This document shows, one piece after another, positions 54,329 through 64,000 of a stretch of DNA of 64,000 nt. Position numbers and translations under genes: made by a program. Below the pieces are notes generated by a model that saw only the letters and a list, made by a program, of their open reading frames with translations, was not told where the DNA came from and ran no database searches. Source of the DNA: Phallusia mammillata (lineage: Eukaryota). Within the stretch, counting starts at the first letter, position 1; the number at the start of each line of letters is the position of its first letter. The stretch is from contig OZ281496.1 in assembly GCA_965637545.1 (NCBI GenBank), positions 26,040,001 to 26,104,000 of the forward strand, given 5' to 3'.

Positions 54329-56099
54329 TTAACAACCGCCGCCAAAAATAGAGTAACAGCTGCTTGTGTGGCGACATACATGCATTTGACAACGCAGGCA
54401 AGGAATGAAATCTGTAAAACAAACTTAAGTGGTTTCACGGAATTGACAAGCAACAGGTGATAGAATTTCCCATAAATGGAGGGATAGACTTTCTAATTGC
54501 CGCATGTCTGCATTTGAACCACAGACCACCACCGCAGAATATTTGAAAACAGAATATATACGGTTAAAATTCCGCGGACAGTTCATAGAACATTTAGCCA
54601 TAGCTGACTTAGAACAAACCACAGAGTATATTTTCTACCTTTACGCACGATTCGCAAGCATTAATTAAATCGAGTGGCGTCCAATCCACAGGGAATTGTA
54701 GGTAATTTTTGTACATTTATGTCGTTTACTCATTTTACATTGAAGCAATTCACATATTTTTTAATTGCATTTGAACAAGGTACACATATAGTTGGTCTCA
54801 AATTTCCTTTGCTAAAAAAAGACGTTTTTTCATAAAAGAAGTGTTGCCACTTAACGCTTTCACATAATACACACAAATAGTCTCCAAGCCATTGAATCAA
54901 GTGTTTATAAGTGTGCTGGTTTGGAATGAGTATCATAAGCTAAAAACAGGCATAACAAAAACTTTAACTTTTGACATTTGTAAATAAAAAGTCCTAAAAA
55001 AGAGTGTACAAGTTAAAAAAAAGGAAAAAAAAGTTTTAAACCATCGATTTCAACAAATTGGTAAAACACTTGTGCGCGAATGCTGGGTGTATGCTATAGA
55101 TAATACATTTGATCATTTGTAGCGATGACGAATTAGTGTGAGACATAGGGTCAAAAAAATGTGCCTAATATCAATGACACCCACTTTGATAATGGTCCCC
55201 CCATACAAAACGTATTGTTTTCTCAACTTAAATTAACAGTAGATAGTGCGTGCTTTTTTTTTGAAAAAAACTTACGCCTTGCGTGTTGGCAATTCCAACC
55301 AGTTTCAATCCACTCCTTACTGCAATACGAGTAAATGCATTTTCGGAAAAAGCGCGTGCTGCTGAGGCCTGCACAAAAAGTTTGGAAGTAAATGTTTATG
55401 AACATTTTGAATGGTTTTTAAATAAGTAATTGAAGCCAAAGCTGGTAATTCGACATGAAAACATGCCTAAAACTTTGTGCTTTAAACTAGTGATGCACCG
55501 AACCCACCTCAAAAGGTTCGGGCGAATAATTTTGGCCAAATAAGGCCGCATCAAACATCCCCCTTTTGATTGATGTTTTCAATTAAACCCTGTGTTGTTG
55601 ACATAAAGGAACTGGTTTATGACATCCCAAAGTCGCTCACACAAGCTTTGCTAAGCTGCTAATATTTTGCAGACAAGGTGACTTGTATTTTTTAGATGCA
55701 GTAATCAGGTAATTCATGATTTTTATATTCGCGATTTTGAAAGTTTTGGCATTAATTTCATACAATTAAAAAGTCCGGCATATTAAAAAAACGGCATGTT
55801 CGGCCGAAATGTTTCGGCCAACCGAAACTTCGGTGCATCACTACTTTAAGACAATCAATCAATCAATCAATCAATCAATTTAAACCAATTCGATTTAGCC
55901 CCACCAATACCTTTTGCGTTACACAAAACAATTTGATTTGCTGGGAAAATAAATACGCGAAATACAAGTTATGGCAGACTACGGGAAGTAAGTTATGGAG
56001 GAAAATACAGGTTTCAATAAATTTCTTACCCTTTTCGCTGGTGATAATAACAAAACGCGTCATGACCATCGCAATGGTATTCAAAGTACACATTTTCAT
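54329..56099 (-). CDS. Small 8-Cys putative secreted peptide, copy 2 (coding sequence identical to copy 1)
   Basis: Exons 56099-56030, 55368-55276 and 54411-54329, inside the second unit of the 2.86-kb tandem duplication. Confidence 0.75.
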
Positions 56100-58489
56100 G
56101 GTTGGTTCAAGGCAGATTTTGTTAACGTGTTGAAAACAAAACTGAAACGCATGGAAATATTTTCGGTTTAAACAGTATTTGAACTTTTATATGTTTGCTA
56201 ACATGCGCGAAAGCTTTTTCTTTCACGCGACAAAGTGTAAAAAAATAACGAATGATAAAAGTGTCTTGATATTTTTCTAATGTTTTTTCTATGAGTACGT
56301 TTTTTCGATGCGGCAACTTCTGGAATTTTTTAGCAACGATTTAGCAAACGTACGCATGCGAATTTAAACGCAAACTTATTTATTTTAAAAGAAAAAAGTA
56401 ACTAAAATGAATCAAAAAAGCAGATGCTCGTTTGTTTTAACAAATAGGGACTCTTAATCATTCTTTCATTAAATTCTATACTGACTTACGTAAAGCAAAT
56501 GCAGTAACATGAAACTAAAAATGTTCATAATAAATATTTATTATTTTTCCTATATAGGTCATATCCAATTATTAACAAGATTAGATTGTGTTTTAATCCT
56601 TACAAAAATTTGCATTTGCACAATTAGGCCTATAAGCAATTTTGTTTTGATATAGTTATTTCTTGTACTCCTGCAATGGCAAATCCTAGTTTAAAAAAAT
56701 ATGTCGAAAATCGTCTACGTTCTAAGAAAGCTTCACACCTGCACCAAAAAATCTAAAGACACCTGCGAAATTCAAGACTGAGTCGGTTTTTAAAAAATTT
56801 GCGACACAAAAAAGGTAGAAAATGGGGCCGGATTTTAAACGCAAAACGCTGTTTTTTCAGCATGTTGTGTTTTGTGCAATCACTAAACAATGTTGGGCTT
56901 TTCCAAATTGGTTATGTTTTCTAAAAAAAAATATTTAAGCTTACTTCGTGTTCCGAATAAACAAATGTAAAAAGAAATAAGAAAAAAATACCTTAAACCT
57001 ATCGCTAAACATTTGAGTGCTATTTTAGTACAAAAATCTGCAAAATACAAATCAAATGTTTTGTTTTTTATTTGGGTATATTTTCACTTTTTTATGCCAC
57101 CTGAACTAGAATAGTTTAATTGTGTGTATTCTTTTTAGCGTAGTCTAAATGTTTTTTTCCTAAAAACTAAATGCCACCGGAACAACATGAAATATTGTAA
57201 CTTTGTAGCTCAAACGATTCAACTAAACCAGGGGTGGGCAACCTGCGGCCCGTTGGGCCAAATGCGGCCCTTCAATAAAGGTTGTGGGGCCCGCAGAGAC
57301 GCTTGGATTTTGAATGTACTTGCAAACGAGTCCAACTACTATATATTTTTGAGCAAATTAATGCGCCTTGATGCTAGTTTTCTGCGACCTGACAAAATAA
57401 GGCTAGAATCAACTGCGAATTATGATGGTATTTGGGGATATTTGGTAAGCAACAAAGTAAAATCACCTTGTGTTATACACAGCTGCGGTCCGCGATCCAA
57501 TTTTTACAATTGTAATTGGCCCCACACTAAAAACGGTTGCTTGTAACCCACAACTGAACTAAACTATTGCCTTCATCAGCAAAGTACTGTATGTTAAGTC
57601 TAATTGATGGGGCATCGAGTATTATAAGCAACTTAAAAAACTTATTATAAGCAACTTTAATGGTCATCTTTATTCTTGGTTAAGCTACTCTTTCTTCGTG
57701 TTCTGTGTACCTAATATATTTAAATCTGTGCACAAATTTGGCCCACATCATGTGCAACAGTGTTAATCTTAACATGTTATACTGAAGTTAGAGGTGTTAT
57801 CAGAAAAGGGAGTGTTTTTAAGACCAAGACAACAAACGCAAACGACAATTCATCTTAAAAAATGTGTTTTAGGGCTGTTTGATATTAGGTCAGGTACAGC
57901 AACTAGCTAGTTAAATGTATTTTTTTTACAATACTGAGACGGAGTGTGAAGTCAGGCGATATATCAAGTCGTTTTTTTGGAAAAAAGACCTAAGCCCGAA
58001 CCTGGCTCTAAAAGCCCGGCCCGACTTACAACTCCGGGGCGTAAAGTCTTTTGTTGTGGGAACTACCATTAAAATTAAATAATTTAAGATTTAACAAAAG
58101 TAGGCAGCACACACTGTAAATCAAAAAGGTGGTTTTATAGCATTTTGACCACCTTTTCGGGTGCAATTTTGGTGCACCAACACATTATTTTTTAATATAA
58201 AAGAAGTCTAGAAAACTATATACAGATCAGTACCAAAGTGTAATGAGAAAAATACCGGTCAAAATAGACGTAAAAGCGACATGCTTTATTATTGAAACGT
58301 TTCGGCCAATGCTAATGCCATTACAAGTGATAGTCACATAGCTAAAAGATTAATAAAAAGGTGCAAACGCGTATGAATAATAAAGCAGGTGGCTCATTAT
58401 GTCTGTTTGGGCCGTTATTTTCCTCACTGAGTTTAGCAAACTTGTGCAATGTTAATGTGATTGGTGAGACTGTTTATGATAGCCTATAT

Positions 58490-58723
58490 CAGGGGTCGGC
58501 AACCTTTTTTGCACTGCGGACCGGTTTTGAAAGTAAAATTTTATCGCGGACCAATCTTCAAAAAATTACAAATATTTAGCAATGAAAAGCCTAAATTAGT
58601 TTATCATCCCCGGGATATATGGGCAAAATGCTTCATAGCATTTATCCTGGAAGATCATGCGGCCCGGTAACGAACTCCTCGCGGACCGGTACCGGGCCGC
58701 GGACCAGCGGTTGCCGACCACTG
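58490..58723. mobile_element. hAT-type MITE
   Basis: TIRs caggggtcggcaacc / ggttgccgaccactg; TSD gcctatat. Confidence 0.9.
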
Positions 58724-60196
58724 GCCTATATGACATCAAGGGTCGGCAACCTTTTCTGAAGGACGGTTTAAAACTAAAATTTTATCGCGAACCGGCCTTT
58801 AAAGAAACAAAAAATGATCCGCAATTAAAATTTATTTCAGATCATGTAAGTCATCACGATTTTGATTCAATGAGAACCTCAAACTTGTTTTGCCGCAACG
58901 AGACGCTCTCACTTAGGCATCATGTTTCGAATAATTTAACCTGAAAAAGAGTATAGCCTGGTCTCCCATTGAGGGCGCCACACCTAATCAGCCGGTCACC
59001 AAGCATTCACCACCATATGGCAAGGCGTAGGCTAGAATAATCTAGCCTGTGAATAGATTCGAACATTGTTTATTTTGGCAATGCATGTTAGTAAACAAGC
59101 ATTGATCTGTTTCTTAATATAGTATTTTTTTCCCATGCCGCTAATCTGACTTGTATTCCCAAATTCCTTCATATGTATATGTATTACACACAGAAGTTTG
59201 TATAGATAACTTTGAAAGTCAGTAAAAAACAAAACGTTATTTAATGTTTTATCTGCATCTAGCTAAAGTGCTTGCCATTTTCACACCTTGTGTTTAAATC
59301 TCTAACCTAAACCTGAAATAACGCTATAGCAGCAGAGTTTACCAGAATTAAAAACATTTAATTCATTCGCACCAACGGCCTAGATATGTGAAAATTGCTG
59401 TTGAGATGTTTCAACTTCGACGAATTTTACGTGAATGTTTTTTACATTAAAGACGTGTATTTTGGTTAAAATCGTGTGTTTTATAACCTGTGATTCTATG
59501 CCTCATTTGTCCCTGCGCTATTGTTTACAGAGGGTTATGTACCAAATGTGCACTGGGTAGACTGTTTCATACAGACCAAGACAAATAAAGTGAGGTATAT
59601 CCACAAAGCGCCTCAGTTGAATTTATGGTGTTTTATTTGATCACCCTGGCTTGGTGTGTTTAATATCAAGAGTTTTCAATAAAAAATATGCCAATTTAAG
59701 TTCCTTACGCATTTTGGTTCGTGCAGTAGCTGTAGTAACTTATAAAAGTGGTTTGGCATAAACGGAATTTGAACCTTGTAAAATTAGGGTTTGTTTCACA
59801 TTAAATTGGGTAACCTATAGTAACAAGGTATTTTGCTTAAAATTTGAATGCTAAATTATACGTGGTTTGCTAATAACTTACTACAAACCGTTACAAACAA
59901 CATAATTCACACCATTAACAACTATTAAACTATTCATAACCACGTTGTTAAAAATAAAGCAAGTAATTACATAAGCAGACCTTGATAAGCGATAAGGGTT
60001 AAGGACGCCCAGCGGCATACTTATGCGTTAAATTAGGACATGTACAAACTTGGTGTCCTTCGTGTATTAGATAAGATACAACCGCTGTTTTTAATGAATC
60101 GGAAATATTACATATTTTGCAACTAGTTTCAAATAATCATAGCCATTAACAACGTAATGGAGGTTGAATCCCACGCGTAAATAATTTCAATGTCAG

Positions 60197-60392
60197 CAGT
60201 GCCGGATTAACCATTAGGCAAAGTAGGCACGTGCCTACAGGCCAGTCAAAAATCCAGGCCTCTTGAAAATCAGTAGACTTTGTGACAATGATTTGGCAAC
60301 ACTGATTATTCTAATTTTTTAGCTGGCAACCCTGATTTTCGGGCCACTTGTAACATGTGTCTACAGGCCAGCAGACCCTTAATCCAGCACTG
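60197..60392. mobile_element. hAT-type MITE, present only in the right-hand paralogous segment
   Basis: TIRs cagtgccggattaa / ttaatccagcactg; TSD aatgtcag. The paralogous site near 50153 carries a single aatgacag. Confidence 0.9.
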
Positions 60393-61737
60393 AATGTCAG
60401 ACATCCTGCTTTGTTTTGTGTTGCTCAGTTAATTGCGCTTTATTGCCATCAAGTGACAAATATTAAACATGTGTTAGAACACCAAGCGTCGCAAGGGAAT
60501 GGAAAATAAGAGATAACCTAGTTGCTGTTCGATTAGTCCAGTCGTTCTCAACCTTTGGTACACGTACCACTAGTGTTACGCCGGATCTTTTAAAATGGTT
60601 CGCTATTTCTGATATACCTAATTCAAGTAACATCATGAAATTGAACTTTCTGACCCAACTGATCAGCCCTGGTTTGTGGCAAAACTTGTGTCTTGGACAT
60701 TCGTTTGGGACGGCCAACCTTGTTGGTTTTGGAAATATACTGCCCTAGTCAAAACTACAGGCCTACTTCTTGGTCTACGCATTCAAACAGGGTTAAGGCG
60801 GTATGCGCAGCAATAGATAAAGTCGTCAGGTGCTACGCCATCAGTATAAGGATAAGTACCACTGGACGCTTTTTAGAACATGACAAAATCTTATTTAACT
60901 TAACTTATACCTAAATTATGTTTTGGATGTTTTTTTTTTTTTGTTTTTTTATGCCCACAATTGAATAGAGCATAGTTTTGACCTGGTCAAGTGTAATTGT
61001 AACTAAACTTGCAAGATGGGCCCAAGCAGTTGTTTTTTTCAGAAAACATTAAACCAGAATTAGGCCCGAACATTAGTTTTACCTATGTTAAGTTACAACA
61101 GCAACGCGACGGAGTGTGAATTCAGGCCCGGTTGAAACTGATTTACTTGAACTTAATCCTGAATCGAACCTGAACTTTTACAACTCTTGAAAACATTGCC
61201 TGTACTTCATTGAACCCTTCGACTTTTTTATCTTTGGTTTCTAACTCAGACAAATCTAAGCGTTCGAAACGGATTAGAACCCGCAAATCGCAGGTCGCAT
61301 GTAAATGCCACTTGGCCATATGTTTCTATTGCGGTAATTGCAAAGAGCAGTTGACTTGCGTGTTATGTAATACGACATTAGGTGGTTTTTAACCGTTTTT
61401 GTAAACGTCCAATGTTTGTCGTAAACTTCATATCGAAAGAGGCAATAAACAAAAGTTTTTAATTTAGAAATTTAGAAATCTACGTAAAAGCGTACCTCAT
61501 AGGATTAAGTGCTACTATTAATAAATTTATTTTGCATGATTGTTTTCACCTGATTTGTACATAAATGCCGAAAAATCATTAAACGAATGTTATTTCAAAG
61601 AGTGAAGTGCTAGACTTATCGTTTGACATTAGAAAACACGTACGTTAAGGTGTCAAAAATATTAAATAACGTTTATACAAAATATGACTGATATAGGTGC
61701 GCAGACGATGGAAATGCCATGATCGGATCCTTAATCT

Positions 61738-62655
61738 TTAGCAACCGCTGCCAAAAATGGAGTAGCAGGTGCTTGTGTGGCGACATACGTGCATTTGACA
61801 ACGCAGACAGGGAATGAAATCTGTAAAACAAACTTAAGTGGTTTATCGCATTCGACAAGCGTATAAAACAACAGGTGATAGATATTCCCACAAAGGAATG
61901 GATAGTCTTTCTAATTGCCGCATGTGTGCACTTAATGATTCACCACTTCAGAATTTTCAAAAACATAATATACGGTTAAGTTCGTGGACAGGTTTTAAAC
62001 ATTTGGCTTTTATTGGCCTATAGAATAAACCACAGATTATGTTTTCTACCAAAATGGAGGATTCCATTCGTATTGCAAGCATCAATTAACTCCAGTGGCG
62101 TGGGAAATTGTATGCATTTTTTTACTTTTATGTTGTTTTCACATTTTTCATTGACGCAATTCACAGTTGTTGTTGTTTTTAGATAAGTCAATAAAAATCA
62201 AAAATAAAGTAAAAATCTTTTGAAGAAAAAAAATACATTTAATGTTTTATAAAAATCAATAAAACAATATAACTACAGTATTTCTATTTTTTCCTGATCG
62301 GAAAAACTAGTGTGCGAATGCTAGGTGTATGCAACAGATAATACAACTTATCAGCTACAGTGCTATTTTTAAGTGATATTGTATAGCGATGATAATTTAG
62401 TGTGAGGCATAGGGTCACAAAAAATGTATCAATTGCAACCATTTTGTTTAATGGTCACCCAAAACAAAACGTATTGTTTTCTCAACTTAAATTAACAGTA
62501 GTAATCGATGGGATATAACCTGCCGTGTGAGGTATAGTTCGTGTTTTTGTACAAAAACTTACGACTTGCGTATTGACAATTCCAACCAGTTTCAATCCAT
62601 TCCCTACTGCAATACGAGTAAATGCATTTGTAGAAAAAACGCGTGCTGCTGTGAC
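61738..62655 (-). CDS. Small 8-Cys peptide, diverged copy 3 (exons 2-3; first exon not found in the window)
   Basis: Exons 62655-62563 and 61820-61738 have the same sizes and splice sites as copies 1/2. Translation GHSSTRFFYKCIYSYCSREWIETGWNCQYASHFIPCLRCQMHVCRHTSTCYSIFGSGC*. Versus copy 1: 10 synonymous and 7 non-synonymous codon differences, no indels. Confidence 0.75.
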
Positions 62656-63303
62656 CTGCACAAAAAGTTTGGAAGTAAGTAAATAAGTTGTTTAAGTCAA
62701 GGCTGGACATAAATATGCCTAAAACTGTGTGCTTTGAACCAGTGATGCACCGAACCCGCCCCAAAAGGTTCGGGCCGAAACCGAGTATTCGGCCATCAGG
62801 CCAAATTATTTCGACCGAACTAGGCCGAATCTAAAATCCCCTTTCTGATTGGTGTTTTTAACTAAAACCCTGCATTGTTGATATAAAGCAGTGGTTCTTA
62901 TCTTTTTTTTTATTGTCCGGGCCAAATGGTAGTTTTTTTAAGTGCATAGGGAGCCGCAAAAAACTCGAGACCTCAGAAAAATCACTGCAGATTATTACCT
63001 TGAAAACTAGAATAGCAATCTTTGTCGTTTTCTGAGGTCTGGTGCGAGCCGCAAAATAACTAGTTGGGATACGGCCCTGCGGTTGATATAAGGATATACT
63101 GATATATTGGAACTGATGGTATATGACACCCCAAATTCCCTTTCTCAATGCACAAGCTGTGTTAAGCTTAAGTATTTTGCAAACAAGCCCAATCAGAAAT
63201 TTATCGCTACCCCAAGTTTGATTTATCCATAAATTATCGATAAGTCATACATGGGCAGTTGTTATAGTCCATGGATAAAAATGGGATAGACACTTGTTTA
63301 TAC

Positions 63304-63407
63304 CAGTGTTTCATACCGGAACGGAACGAAACCAAATAACGTTATTCGTTCTGAGCAAATCATTTATTTCGTTCCGGTATAACGTTCCGTTCCGGTATGA
63401 AACACTT
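63304..63407. mobile_element. Short foldback MITE
   Basis: Long TIRs cagtgtttcataccggaacggaacg / cgttccgttccggtatgaaacactt; TSD gtttatac. Confidence 0.85.
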
Positions 63408-64000
63408 GTTTATACCCCTGAAATTTGACATCGGCGGTTTGATGGCCCACACGTGCATTATGCACTGCGCAAGTACGATAACACTTGGGTGTTCCAAACA
63501 TAAATATGTTAAAATTAAGATAACCCTTACATGTCCCAAGCCTAAACACGACAAAAGTACATACTTCTTTACCTCGGCGCATCGCAAAAATGACACAACA
63601 TATTTATTTCGTACACTTTGTATTAAAAAGAACATTTCGCTTTCAATCAATGCTGCCAGTGATGCCCGTAGTGCACGTCCATATTCTATTCTCCAGCTCT
63701 TGTTCACCGTGTGATAAAACATCTGTAAAGAGAATGACTGCATAGTTAGTTCAGACTTCTGAAACTTACACATGTGATGAGAAAAATAAAAGACTAAACC
63801 GATTTGCTGAAAAGTAGACGCCGTAATTCTGCAACTTATTACACACATAAAACTATTTGAGTCTATTTTGTTTCAACACAGTTAGTTAAAGGAACTTGAA
63901 CATACAAACCAAGAACTTACCACTTATAACGACGATGTACATCACGCTTTCCCAAACCTATGCTGATACGTTTTTTGATTGAAGATTCTAAATAATTCCA

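Larger units (their letters stand above)
51097..56807. repeat. Near-identical direct tandem duplication, two units of about 2857 and 2853 bp
   Basis: 51097-53954 matches 53955-56807. The differences I found are one SNP (caaacacccc vs caaacatccc) and one ATCA microsatellite unit. The junction shows ACA microhomology. Confidence 0.95.
59063..63190. repeat. Older dispersed duplicate of ~48985-52830
   Basis: Colinear homology from aacattgtttattttggcaatgcatg (48985/59063) through the peptide exons into the tagtgatgcaccgaac MITE. Many indels in non-coding parts. Confidence 0.9.

Noticed and set aside
63769-63921. Splice path that would create TG|A as a selenocysteine and link into peptide copy 3
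   Set aside because: No SECIS identified and no homology to exon 1 of copies 1/2. A plain stop or non-use is the simpler explanation.

Overview
AT-rich, intron-containing animal genomic DNA. The compact introns and gene style suggest an invertebrate chordate such as an ascidian, but this is inference only. All genes I could reconstruct are on the minus strand. (1) 1-14.8 kb: three tandem paralogues of a secreted protein built as signal peptide + optional Pro/Lys/Arg-rich repeat exon + 6 thrombospondin type-1 repeats + EGF + calcium-binding EGF. The paralogues differ by loss of an exon, a truncated cbEGF and non-canonical GC donors. (2) 17.2-45.6 kb: a BAZ2A/B (toutatis/TIP5-type) chromatin gene with MBD/TAM, DDT, WHIM1-3 and bromodomain but apparently no PHD finger. 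A CpG-rich putative promoter lies at about 47.5-49 kb. (3) 49-64 kb: a duplicated block hiding a three-exon, 81-aa, 8-cysteine putative secreted peptide gene that the ORF track does not show. It has two identical copies from a very recent 2.86-kb tandem duplication and a third diverged copy with a clear synonymous-substitution signature. I do not recognise the peptide family. Introns and intergenic DNA carry many hAT-type MITEs with 8-bp TSDs, two Helitron/Helentron-like elements with an internal ~157-bp satellite, a tRNA-like repeat and a short repeat with a degenerate hammerhead-ribozyme signature. All exon models were derived by hand from splice signals and phase continuity; no database search was run.
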